Source: Octopus vulgaris (taxonomy: Eukaryota). Taken from it: a stretch of DNA of 64,000 nucleotides. The stretch spans positions 56,358,001 through 56,422,000 of the forward strand of contig OX597831.1 in the NCBI GenBank assembly GCA_951406725.2. Direction: 5' to 3'. The notes below the pieces were generated by a model. It was not told the origin of the DNA. It did not search any database and was given only the letters and a program-made list of their open reading frames with translations. Both the position numbers and the translations under genes were made by a program. Of this stretch, positions 11,601-64,000 are shown piece after piece. Numbering within the stretch: the first letter of the stretch is position 1; the number at the start of each line of letters is the position of its first letter.

Positions 11601-14600
11601 CTTCCTTTTTAAGACGATAAAATGTAATTGTGTAATTTGAGTAAGAATTAGGTGCTTTTGGTTGCATTGCGATTGTTGTTTAGCCCCTGATCGAGCAAAC
11701 TCATAATCAAAGGTGTTCTGGCTGTCACCGTTTTTGTTTATATTAAGGATTACATTTTTCTGTGTCACCTAGGTTTGAAGGAGATTTGGTTGCTATTTTT
11801 ACCAGGTCGATCGATCGTTCAGAGATTCTCTTGTTTGGTTCGTGATGCTAATTGTGTTGTTTTATCACCACTTCTTTTCTTATATATATATATATATTTT
11901 GGGATGGGATGGGGCAAAATGAGTAATTTATGATTTCTCATTATTTACTCCTTACTTGTTTGAAATCATTACATTATCATTTTTTACTGTTGCATCATCT
12001 TTGGAAGTAAAAATTTGTCAGCATAGTTGTTATTAGTTGAGAGTCCGAAATATAGTTAGGTGACAGGTACTTTTTTGCATGGAATTTTTTCTGAACTTCG
12101 ACCCGATTGCAATTGAGGTTGTTAATAAAATACCTGGATAAGTTTTGGTTTAAAAATCAATATTCTTTTCTCTGCTGGATTCTAAGTCAATTTTTCCCCA
12201 CACTGATGACTAATTTAATAATTTTCAGTTTTCAAAAGAAAAATGATGTTTGAACTGGGGCAAAATTAGTAATGACTAATTTAAATAATTTCTTCCCTTT
12301 AACTGCATGGTGCGTAAATATATTGGGAAGAGAACCACTCTAGCAGATCGCGAAGAAGCTATGGAAAATATTTTATGCTGAGTGTTTAGATTTAGTCAAG
12401 TTTCGTTAATTTCATAACATGTGCCATTTTTCTATGACCCTCTTTTCAATTTGACAAAGATATTTTTGATATTTGTTGCATTTGTGATATCTAAAGATGG
12501 ATATTGATGTGCATGAGCTTTTTCTCAAACGTATTTCTGGAGAGGTAAATTTATCTTGTTCTTACTCATTTTGCTCCAGTTAAATTTGTCTTTTATACGC
12601 TCAAAGAGAACGGAGATAATTTTCTGAAATAGCCTTCTGACTGTTATAGTGTTTTTAACGCATTTGGAGGCGGTTCTTAGCTGAGATAGTTCCTTTAAGG
12701 CAGTGAACATTGGTAAAAAAAAAAAAATCTCAAAGTAAAAAATGCAGTAAATCTTACTTGTATCTCGCTGTTTTGTTTTGAGATATACTTTCAGCGATGC
12801 TAGGTGATGAAATTGAAAAATTATCTCTATTTTAATTGATTTTCAAAATAATATCTGTGCTATTATTATCGAGCTGATGTTTGGAAAAGAAATTACTATG
12901 AAATTTGGATCGAAGGTTTTAAATTTAGATCACTTTTTATTGGTACCCGCTACCTTCTCCACCCTAAAAATAATTACCAGAAATTGTTTCATTGATCTTT
13001 TTCTTTGGAGGATTCAATTTTGATTTGAGCTATTCCTCGATGTACTTATTTCGCGACTCATTTGAGAAGGAACTGGCTCTTAATTCTAACCCGCATGCAA
13101 CCGCTGCTCGTTCTACGATACAAACTGCCTGCTTTAAAGTGATCTAAATTTACCAAATTCGTTCCCTTAGGTAACGTAGCAACACAGTATTTGCTCATTT
13201 CTAAAAGTTGAGTTCCTTCTACCTAATCGAAAGTAACTAGATATTAATGGTATTTGAATAAATTCCACGTTCATTTGGGTATATATTTCCATTTGTTACC
13301 TTCCTACGAATTTAGACAGCCAAACTTGAACAGTATTCCTATAGGATAGAGTGAAAAATTATCTGATATGCCAAAAAAACCGTGATTTCTTCAGATTTAT
13401 ATGCTTTAAACATCGTAGAATACGAATTTGCAATAAAGTGAAATAAACAATGCTGGTGGTGGTTACCTTAATTTTACAACGTAACAGATCTAAAAAATTT
13501 TTGAAACAAATTAAAGGAAAGGGTGGGGAGGGACAAAAACGAAGCAGGTGACAAGTAAAATTTTTGACAGACGATGTTTTGTGTATTTTCACCAGCAATT
13601 ATTTCAGGTGCTTTAATTGAAACAACAAAAATTATCCAGGTGGGTTCTTAACATGATGTAATGAACTAAAATTTTTTACATAATTAAAACTTATACCTAT
13701 AGAGAAGAAAACAAACCCATTAGCTTAAGGATTAATTCTGGTTAAGAAAGGCAGGTGAGGTAACTCCGAAAATAAAATTAAAAATTGAATACACCTTCAG
13801 TAAATACAGTGACAGCACCAACAAGATTTGGTGTTATTAGATCTCTTCAGCTAAATGTTTATGAGTATTTATAATTGATTGTGAGATATAATGGTAATTT
13901 AGAAGAATGATTTGACAGGGAGTGGGGTGAATACATAGAAACATGTTCTGTTTGAAAATGAAATATTTGTGTGGGTCATAGCATACTAATTTAGAGAGCC
14001 AAAAATATTTAATTACAGTTTACACGCCAGTGGGTCAGTTCTATTTCTGTCTCTTTTAACAACAGAACCTCCCCTCAACAAACAAATATCAAGAAAATAT
14101 CACACCTGAGCAGTGTGTACCTAGAACCTTCATGATGGTTCCAAATGTTTAACCTCACTATCATTTAAGATCTCTCCCAGAGAAAACATCCATAATATAA
14201 CTGTAACCACATACCAAAGAATGGTCTTTTTCCTTAGGACCAGAAAATACTTCAGCCCCCTCTTCCCTCCACTAATCTCAGATGAGGTCTAATATGGAAT
14301 GTTGATCCCACATCTGGGATGTTTATAATCAATCATCATCATCATCGTTTTAACATCCACTTTTCCATGCTTACATGGGGCTGATGGAGTTCATTGGTGT
14401 AGATTTTCTATAGCTGGATGTCCTTTCTGTTGCCAACCCTCACCCATTTCCAAGTCAGATAATATTTCTCCATACCCATACTCAGACAGGTTTTCATGGA
14501 ACATTGGAAACAAACGACACCACTTGTATGATGGTGAAACTTGTTTGCAACTATTGTGTAATATGAAGATAAGGAAACACACACACGCATACTACACACA

Positions 14601-15281
14601 TGCATATATGTATGATCGGCCCCTTCACACTTCGTTCATTCCACTCTTCATTCTTTCGTTCCCCCTCTCACATTTCCTGGCCTTCTCTTCATGCTCACCT
14701 TCCCTCCTCTTTCACTTCACACTGTCCCTTTCATTTTTTCTCGCCCCCTCCTTAATTCTACTATCCCTCTGCCTCTACCTCTCTCTCTTCTCTTCCCATG
14801 TGACTGGTGTTTGGCCAAGCCTGACCTTTCTTTCTTGGTTTGACTACCATCTGTGCAATATCTATATTCCTTCCTGTGCCTGTCAGATCTTATGTCCCTG
14901 GCATAAGGCTTTAATTCCATACACATCAGCTTAATTTAATTCATCCTTAGTTGAAAGACACCCAATGTTAATGTCCTGTTATTTGTATTTGTGTACCATT
15001 TCTCTGTTTTTTTTTACGTCCTTGTTTTCATATATATTTGCTGCTTTCTTCCAAGGAATCTAGTGCTTTTATCTTAGTTTTTCCTTGGGGCTGGCCAGAT
15101 TAGAGCACTCTCGAGTATAACCAGCCGAAATTGTAAAGATAGTCTGGAACTTGACTGAAGAAAAAAAACTCCGAATGACCCGTCCTTGTTTTCTTTGTAT
15201 TGTCTGTCTAGATGTTTTGTTGTCCCTTTTTTGTATTACCTAACTGTCTGGATGTTTTGCGTTCTTGTCCCATTTTTGTAT

Positions 15282-15320
<39 letters not shown>

Positions 15321-15832
15321 ACAGGCTTCTTTCAGTTTCCATCTATCAAATCTGCTCACAAGACTTTGGTCAGCTTGGGACTATAGAAGATGCTTGCCCA
15401 AGGTACTATGCAGTGGAACTGAACCTGGAACCATTGTACATGTGCATGCACATTAGTGTCTTCTAGCTAAGGCTTCATGTGATGGTTGTAAACAAATGTC
15501 ACAGTTGTGCAAGGGGTTTCTTTTTGTTTCCAGTCTTCTGTGAAATCATGTCTGGCCATGGAAGAAATATTACCTTACTTGGAAGCAGGTGAGGGTTGGT
15601 GACAGGAAGGGAATCTGTCCATAGAAAATCTGCCTCAACAAAATTCCATTTGATTGTTGCAATGATGATGATGAATAGTAACTTAAGTAGAGTCAATATG
15701 GCAAACATTTGAATAAGATTAAGTACAACTTTTTGATTTCTTCACCTTATATATGCACGTTGTTTTGAATTAATCATGCATTATCTTGTGGCTTTGAGAT
15801 TTTCATGATGTGATTGTTTTATTCTTAGAATG

Positions 15833-16220
15833 TTGGCACTCCGTCAGTTACGATGACAAGGGTTCCAGTTGATCTGATCAACGGAACAGCCTGCTCATGA
15901 AATTAATGTGCAAGTGGCTGACCATTCTACAGACACAGGTACCCTTAACGTAGTTCTTGGGAAAGATTCAGCGTGACACAAGAGTGTGACAATGCTAGTC
16001 CTTTGAAATACAGGTGCAACAGAAACAGGAAGATAGAGTGACAGAAAGTTGTGATGAAAGAGTACAGCAGGGTTCGCCACCCCACCCCCACTGCTGGAGC
16101 CTCGTGGAGCTTTAGGTATTTTCGCTCCATAAACACTCATAATGCCTGGTCTGGGAATTGAAACCATGATCCTACAACCGTGAGTCCTCTGCCCTAACCA
16201 CTGGGCCATTGCACCTCCAC
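15833..16220 (-). mobile_element. Full-length tRNA-derived SINE inserted in a piggyBac MITE
   Basis: 12-bp TSD attcttagaatg (15821-15832, 16221-16232); A box TGGCCCAGTGG and B-box-like GTTTCAATTCC; related copy at ~35905-36205. Confidence 0.85.
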
Positions 16221-19142
16221 ATTCTTAGAATGACATTGTAGTGAGTAGATGTAAAAAACTGAATCTGGTCAGTTTGGAATTAAGCAGGTAAAATATTTGG
16301 GCCTGATATAGCTGGTTTAAATGTTAAAGGGTTAATTAAAAATATTTCTTGGATATAATTTATCATTTAATTCACTCCTCAATCCTTGAGGACTGAATCA
16401 AACCTTGGTTTGATTTGAACTGCATATGATGCAACAGCAAAATGTCATGAAACATTTTTTTTGTTCAGTTTTCTACAATTTACATCAATTATATTTCTTT
16501 TATCATTTTCTTGTTTCAATCATTGGACAGCAGCCATGCTGGGGCACCCCCTTGAAGGGTTTTAGTCAAACAAATTGACCTCAACACTTATTTTTTAAAG
16601 TCGGGTACTTATTCTATTGGTCTTTATTGCTGAACTGCTAAGTTATGCAGATGTAAATAAACCAACACAGTGGCTGGGTGGGGGACAAACAATCACAAAC
16701 ACATGACAGGCTTCCACACAAGTTTTGGTTGGTCTGGGGTTATAATAAACACTTGCTCAAAATGCTGCACAGTGGGACTGAACCTGAAACCACATGGTTG
16801 CAAAATGGGCTTCTTAACCACACAACCACACTTGCTTTTCTTTTTGACTAGGCACAAAATTGTCTATTTATAGGTTGTGATGAGGAATTAGATATTGTAA
16901 TATTCATGTTTTCCGAAAGATAATGATAATTATAACCAGGACTCCGACTTCGGTCAATGGGAACTTATCTTCAGCATCTATCATTTTGTGCTCGACCAAC
17001 TTGATTTCTTTTGACTAGGTACCTATGTTATTAGATTTATAAGGGTAGGGAAATGTGATGTGTCAATTCAAGAGTTATGTGCTCCTCCAAATGTTTTTTT
17101 TTGTTCAGGTGAGATGGAAGTAAGAAACGAAACTAAAAATGCAAGCAGTAGTTTTGGATATAAACATTAATTTTCAAAAAATGTTTATACAAAAAAAAAA
17201 AAAGAAGTTTATACACACACGAAAGGAAAAAAAAATATTGGCAGGATTTCGGATCAGTGCGTTGTGCAAAAAAAATTTGGCCAAAATCGGTCCGGATGGC
17301 GTTGGTGAAATGAAAAATCGAGTTATAGATAAAAAAAAAAATTGTCATAAAAAGATGCCCTCCACACTCATTTCCAAAGCCTTGGTGAAAAAGAAATTGT
17401 AAAGATCCAACTTATGTGGGTGTCCTGATCCGAAACCCTGCCCAAAAGTTTTAAAAATTATAAAACCCGATTATAAAATAACCATATTTTGGGGTTTATA
17501 ATGCAATATCTCTTCAAATTAGTTTCAGTAAGCCGCTGACGTGACTGTGTAAGTTAAACTCTCTTTGCAATCACATTGCATCGGGTTCAGCCTCACAGCA
17601 CGACCCCTTAGACGCATGGTCAGACCAATGCCTTGTGAGCGAATTTGGTTAGACGGAAACTATGTGAATATCCGTGAGTGAAATGTGTAATGTTGGATAA
17701 AGTTGTTTCAGAGTTATGTCCCTTAGATTGGCCTGCGATATGAAATTCACACCTTGTGTCAGCTAAATGTGGAAATAATCTTCCATGCATTTGTGTGTTT
17801 GTGAGTGAAGAGAGAGAGAGGGGGGGAAGGGAGTGGAGGATATACAAACAGTTTGTAGAGGTGTATGTATGCATTGCGTGCATTATGAGAGAAAAAATTA
17901 CTATGCTAAAGAGAAAGAGGAAAGTAGGGAGACAAAGAAAGGAAGGAAGGTATAAGGAAAGTGGGGAAAGGTATATGAGCTATGAGGAGATCATTAAGGA
18001 GAAAAGGAGGGGAGGCAGAATAAGAATGTCTTTTGTACTCTAGGTGCAAAGCCCGAAATTTTTGGGGAGGAGGCAGTCAATTAGATCGATCCCAGAGTGA
18101 AGCAAATTCTTCGACTCCTTTGTGATTCGAGTTCAAATCCTGTTAGGATTAACATTGCTTTTCATCATTCTAGGGTTGATAATATGGAACGCCAGTCAAA
18201 TACTGCAGTCGAGATAATCAACAGTTCCTTCGCAACAAATTTCTCCCCTTGTGCCTGTGTAAGAATTATTACTTTGAACATGTAACTGTTAACATACATG
18301 ATTAAAATAGACAGACTAAACAGCATTGCTCTTGCTTATTGGTGCGACTGGGGAATGTTTAAGGAAATTAGTTTCATTATCAAGTACAAATAATCAGTCC
18401 AAACTTTAGAACTAGTCAAACTTACATCAATAATCTGTTGTGTGTGTGTGACATACACACACACATGCACACTTTCCCACATGTATATATCATCATCTAA
18501 CGTCCGTTTTCCATGCTGGCATGGGTTGCACAGTCTACAGCTGGTAAGTTAGGGGCTGCACCAAGCCCCGTTGTCTGTTCTGGCATGGTTTCTATGGCTG
18601 GATGCCCTTCCTAACACCAACCACTTCATAGAGTATGCTGGGTGCTTTTTATGTAGCTCCAACACCGGTATCAATTCTGCTATGGTAGACAGGTCTTCTT
18701 GATGGCAGCAAGGATAGATATCGAGGTCCTTAGTCATCTCTTCCGTAAGGCTCAGTGTCTTGAGGTCATACTTGTGTGTGTGTGTCTTAGTGTTTCTTTA
18801 TCTTGACATTACATGATAGTTGAAAATATGTGTCACTGTCATACAAGTGGGTTCCTTTGTTTCCATTACTCTGTGAAAACCTGTCTGGGTCTGGCTATGG
18901 AGAAATATTATCTGACATGGAAACAGGTGAGAGTTGGTGACAGGAAGGACATCCAACTGTAGAAAATCTACATCAATAATTATTTTGGTTATCATTTTGG
19001 TAATTTGCTTGAAATTAGCAGAAATATTGCTCATTATGCAAGGTTGCTTTCTTACAGTAAAAGAACACGAAATCAAGTGTTAATTATAGACATGTCTTGT
19101 ATGTTTCTTTAAAAGCAATGAATCATGCCTTTATGTTTATGA

Positions 19143-19199
19143 ACAAAAAAAAATGACACAAAAACCAATATTTTTGGGCTATAAACAATGATCTTTATT
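19143..19199 (-). terminator. Candidate polyadenylation signal with downstream GU/U-rich element
   Basis: Minus strand AATAAA at 19199-19194, followed ~30 nt later by ggttttttgtgtcatttttttttg. Confidence 0.45.
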
Positions 19200-22106
19200 G
19201 TTTATGAAACAACATAAAATACTTTACAAAAGTCAGTAGCTTTGACCTTCACTGGCAAAATTTCTTTTTTCATAGAAATATGACAATTTTTCCCGCCAAA
19301 ATTTTGAAAGGTTTACAAATTGATACAGTTATTACTATGAAATGAACTAATAAAAAAAAAGAGACAAACAGAAGGAAAAAAATCAGAAACAAAACCCTAA
19401 AATTTCAACAGTTCCATGTCCATAGATTCCATATAATGAACCATTTTATATTGCATCTATAAATAAGGAAGCAGTCAAAAATAAAGTCTAGCTTGCTCCT
19501 TTGTTGAATTATTCCTTGTAATAAAGACTCTATAGTAGTTACAACAAGAGATATTCATACTTTAGTTTCTTTGAAAAGTGCCAGTATTTTTGAACATTTT
19601 CATAACAGAGTTACTTTATTAGTCTGGGTCCTATCTGATCGACTTGTTTTATTTTTGTAGTCAGTATAAGAAAGTGTACTAATGGAGATTAATGGTTGGA
19701 ATTAATGTTTCTAGACATGTTTCAGCAGTTTCTAGATACGATCCATACCACAGGATTCCATTAACAAGGAGCAAAAGGAAAACAATTTTTGCTACAGCAT
19801 TAAAAAGAAAGGGGTTGATTTAATTTGAGAAGACAGTGAATAATAAAACGCTGTCATTTAGTTATACTTAAAACAGAATAACAAATTGCCCTGAATTTTA
19901 CTTTTTTCTTTGGTGTGAAAAAGTGAAAAACCAAGTAAAAATTACTGATAATAAATTTTCTTTTGATTTAATCAAGAAACTTAGATATTATGATTGAGTG
20001 TTAAATTTAATATGCTATCTCTAAATTTAATGTTAAATAAATTGAACTATAGCTGAATATTCTTGGTTGTGAAGATATCAGCCACTCTTAAACTTATTTC
20101 TAATAGAATATGTCTTTAACTCCATTTGTTATAAAGACAGGATGTCTTATTCATGTCAAGTGATGAGGACCAACTTAATACCGTTTATAATTTTTGTATT
20201 GACTAAAACAGCTTAACTGTTAGATATGAAAAAGTTCCAAAATTAGTTTGTTTTTCTCTAATCCAGCTCATAACATTAGCTTCACAGATTGTCAGCAAAG
20301 TTAATTTAAACAGATATGAAGACGAAGGATAAATTAATATATCCTTACTTCAGTTTCTGTCTTTTACCAACAAACTAACTTCTTACAAAAGAAACAAAAA
20401 TGCATAAAAAATTTATCAGTTGCTGATAGAAACTTCCCTATATATATATCTTTTCAATGTTTGAATGATTATAATGAAGTAGGCAAAAGGAAATCAAATT
20501 AAGCAGAAGTTGGGCGGAATAAATAATTTTAAACAATTGTTACTGTCAATCTATTCACTAGAGTAGAGATCATAAACAAGATATGTAATTTATTTCATCT
20601 TTCCATGAAACCGAGAACAAGTTTCAATCTTTTTAAAAGTTGGAATTATAAAGCAGCCACTAGCTTAATAGGTAACATAGAACACAGAGATAAGAACCAA
20701 TTTCCAGTGAAATGATTGTTTGGTACATGGTGGGATTGTAATATGAAGCCATCAAAAATAAAACAAAATAACTGGGTTTATTCAGCCAGTACAACAACCA
20801 GGTGAGATGTAGAGCAGGGAGACAGTCATGGAATTAAAACAACACATACACATAGGATACATATACACAGAACACATTTCCAAACAAACAAATACAAGGA
20901 AAATAACTTCACAGTTGAAAGATTATTAATAAACAGAAAGAATGCAATATATTTCGAGGGATTATAAAGAGCCATGAAAGTAAAACATTGGCAAATTTGA
21001 ACCAAAGCTGGTTACAGATTGTGAAATTACAATAGATACTCTGTGGAAAGTGTATGTGTGTGAATGATAGTGACAGGAATATACATCTCATAATATCTAA
21101 CATGCTGTCATTAAAATATTTCTTGAGGATTAGTTTGTGTTATTAAGAAAATATGAAAGCAATAAATCTGTATATTTTATAACTATTGCTTCATTCCTTT
21201 AATTACAGTGGTTGCTAAGAATAGCTGAACCTATATGCAAATGTTTTGTCTAGTGATGAATGGGAGAGCAATAAGAAAGAAGCTTTAAATAAATTAAGAT
21301 ATTACAAGCTTTTCCTAGTTCGTTGATGTAACTAAAAACTATATACATGGCATGGCAGTGACTAAGGAAAGTAGTTGGAAATGGCTTTTAAGAGTTATAA
21401 CATACATTTCAATTCACAGAATAGTTATACTCCTGTACAGTAACAGGCAATAACAATAAACTAAAAGTTTATAACATGGAAATAGCAGCTGTACATTAAA
21501 TAGTATCACATTCCCCAGCTATCTCACCAAAATAAAATGGTACTGTGTTGATGAATTATACCCTATAAGTATTGCAAAGTGTTTAGCAGAAACTATAGAA
21601 CAGTAACTAAACATAGAGAAGCTGGTGACATTGGCTGAATATGTATAGGTTTACATTTGGCATAAACTAACAGTTCCATCGTTTATGTCTTTCAGCACAA
21701 CACACGCAGCTAGGCACTTTCTTTTTTTTTTATTGTTTTTTTTTTCTTTTTCTTTTTTTCTTTTGAAAGCTAAAAAAAAAGGCACTGAATTAAGTTGAAA
21801 ATAAAATATATGTGCTTGCTTGCATGTGTTCATATATATATCTCTTAGGCTGTAGTGCAGCATTTTGCTGGGTGTATCTAAAATTGTACTTTGCATCTCA
21901 GTGATTGGTTTGCGCATTGATATAATGAAGACAAAGCATTGTGTAGTAGATAACTTGAAAGCTGAACCTTTTCTATTTTCTTTTGAGTAAACAATTAAAA
22001 AAAAGTTTTTTTACATATCTACTAAGGATGTATGTTATACATAGTATCTCCCCAACATAGCTGCACTATCTATACATATATATATCTATCTATTTATCTA
22101 TCTATC

Positions 22107-22139
<33 letters not shown>

Positions 22140-22207
22140 GTATGTACGATAGACCGACTATATATTCTACTGAAGCATATATGGAACATTTAAAATATAT
22201 TTGTTAC

Positions 22208-22256
<49 letters not shown>

Positions 22257-22735
22257 GTAAGTATTTTATTTAAAATTAAAGCAATTGAATTGAATGGCTG
22301 ATTTTATTTTTTGCTATTTTAAAAAATTTTATTTAATAGTGAAATAACTATTTACACAAATCACAATATTTACTTGTAAAATAAAGAATTATCTTTTCCA
22401 AAACTGAAAAAGAAGAAAACAAACAGATTTTCCTTCCTTTTCATCAGCAAAGATATTGACAAGTGACACACAGACATGTAGATTTATTTGAGCAAGAGCA
22501 ATCTCAGTTAATTTTGCATGAGCATTAAGTAGCAGCAATTTCTGGAACATTTCCTTTCAGTTTCATGAGGAGAGCAAAGATCTGTGTATTTTTTTTAAAC
22601 AAAAGGCAAGCAACAGGAAAGACCTGTTGGAAGAAACAGCAGCAGAGGCAGCAATTAGAGACTTGATTTCGAAATCTCTTTAGGGATAGGCTTATATATG
22701 ACTAACTTTTCGACTGTGTATCCATGGTAAGTACT
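19170..22735 (-). other. Probable long VPS13 3' UTR
   Basis: Directly follows the stop codon; ~3.5 kb with no recognisable SINE, unlike its flanks; ends at a well-formed poly(A) signal. Other AATAAA hexamers lie upstream, so the true end is uncertain. Confidence 0.5.
22075..22252. repeat. (TA)n / (TATC)n microsatellites in the probable 3' UTR
   Basis: ~20 perfect TA units at 22211-22252 and a mixed TA/TATC tract at 22075-22145. Confidence 0.9.
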
Positions 22736-62646
<39,911 letters not shown>

Positions 62647-63141
62647 CTGAAAAATAAGGATAGTTCAAAGATTTAAAAAGAAGTTAGTAAGAGCTATAAT
62701 GGATTCAATATAAGTTGTAGTGAAAGTAAAAACAAAAGCAAAAACGATAAATGAACAAGAGATTATTCAAAGATTGCTGTATAGAATAAAATTGTGATTA
62801 CTCATCATCATCATCATTTAGTGTCTGTTTCTTATGCTGGCATGTATTGGACAATTTGACAGGAGTAGAAATGTCCAGGCTCCAATTATCTGTTTTGGCA
62901 TGGTTTCTATGGCTGGATGCCCTTCTCAATGTCAACCACTTTACAGAGTGTGTTGGGTGTTTTATACGCTACTGGTATGGCTGCTTTTATGTGGAAGTGG
63001 CACAAGTGCATTTTATGTGGCACTAGCATGAGTGCTTTTATGTGGCCCTGGTACATACAGAATAAAATGGGGTTTTGTGCAGAAATCATATTTAAGGTTG
63101 TCAGTGTGTGTAAGTTTAAACAGCAGTTATGTAAGGATGTA

Positions 63142-64000
63142 TGAGGGGGTACCCAAAAGAAACCAGAATTTTGCAATATTATTTTATTCACTTAGTTTTA
63201 CATGTTTACACTTTTATTGCCTTCAAAGTATTCTCCATTTGAAGCAATGCATCAGTCCAGATGCATTTTCCACTATTTGATGCAGTACTGGAACTCTTGC
63301 GAAGAGATGCCTTTTAACACCTCTGTCGTTTTTTTCTTCACCTCTTCTACATCTGCAAATTCCACAGCACCAGCTTTCCTCACCAGTGATGACCTTGGAG
63401 AAAAGGTCCGGACCAACTTCCAACTGTTCTTTCATTTTACATGTATTCAGTCATGACTGCTGTTGATCTTCCGTGAGCAAGCGAGGCACAAATTTTGCTG
63501 CAACTCTTTTCATTCGCAATTCTTTTCTCAAAATTAATTGGCAGGAGCTCCAGGACACAACAGTCATGTCAACAAGTTTGTCAATTGTTTGGTGACGGTC
63601 TTCCAAGATCAGTTCATGAATTTTCATGAGATTTTCATTTGTTCAAGAGGAGGACTGTTGTCTTGAATGAAGTTGGTCTTCAAGCAACAAGTGACCATTC
63701 CTAAAGCATGGAAACCATTCTTAAGCTTGTGTTTTGCTCATGACAGTGTCCTTGTAAGCTGTTTGAAGCATGTGAAGTGTTTTGGCTGTCGTTTGCCCTA
63801 GCAGACGACAGAATTTCATGGAAGCATGCTGTTCCTTCATTTCAGCCATTGCAAAAATCAATGAACAAGGGAGATGCACTGCAAAACAAAGATGCACCAC
63901 ATGGCAGTATGACTTCACTCACCACTGCCGGATAGACAGACTGATGCCTGAGGGTCGCATCAAGTGGCTTCTAGCAGCAGAAGCCTGAACTACAATGGGC
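63142..64000 (-). mobile_element. Decayed mariner-family transposase remnant, other end outside window
   Basis: TA then (C)GAGGGGGTACCCAAAA TIR; MAEMKEQHASMKFC..TAKTLHMLQTAY HTH, AAKFVPRLLT (WVPHEL-like), VITGEESW (first catalytic D region); stops and deletion. Confidence 0.85.

Noticed and set aside
11900-12790. Possible pogo-like transposon relic (ggggcaaaat motifs, HTH-like ORF 12525-12710)
   Set aside because: Motifs are direct rather than inverted and the peptide similarity is too weak to support.
14620-15290. Pyrimidine-rich repeat with CTGAAGA near 15152
   Set aside because: Probably a dispersed repeat, but no second copy here, no termini and no complete ribozyme core, so it could not be classified.
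16938-16985. Minus-strand CTGAAGA...CCGAAG...GTC hammerhead-like string
   Set aside because: GAAA box is broken and stems I and II do not pair convincingly.

Overview
Eukaryotic, AT-rich, repeat-dense DNA. The SINE/LINE families look cephalopod (Octopus-like; inferred from recognised repeats, not from a search). The main feature is the 3' part of a VPS13A/C-type lipid-transfer gene on the minus strand. I traced 22 GT-AG exons from 62646 to the stop at 22736; all splice phases are compatible (2361 nt, 786 aa + stop) and the 5' part lies beyond the window. A probable ~3.5 kb transposon-free 3' UTR follows. An intact tRNA-Glu(TTC) lies at 8569-8640 (-). The rest is mostly mobile-element debris: several tRNA-derived SINE families, RTE LINE pieces (one with a PHD finger inside the RT), Penelope-like remnants, mariner and piggyBac fossils, hAT/piggyBac/Tc1/foldback MITEs, a Helitron and a solo LTR. 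The most interesting signal is a dense set of ribozyme-like RNA motifs. These include a complete ~410 bp RTE-derived non-autonomous element whose TSD-defined 5' end falls at the predicted cleavage site of an HDV-like fold, and at least five minimal hammerhead-type motifs, two loci carrying them as inverted pairs. All folds were done by eye and most hammerhead copies have core mutations. Nearly all ORFs in the supplied track are spurious or exon/TE read-throughs.
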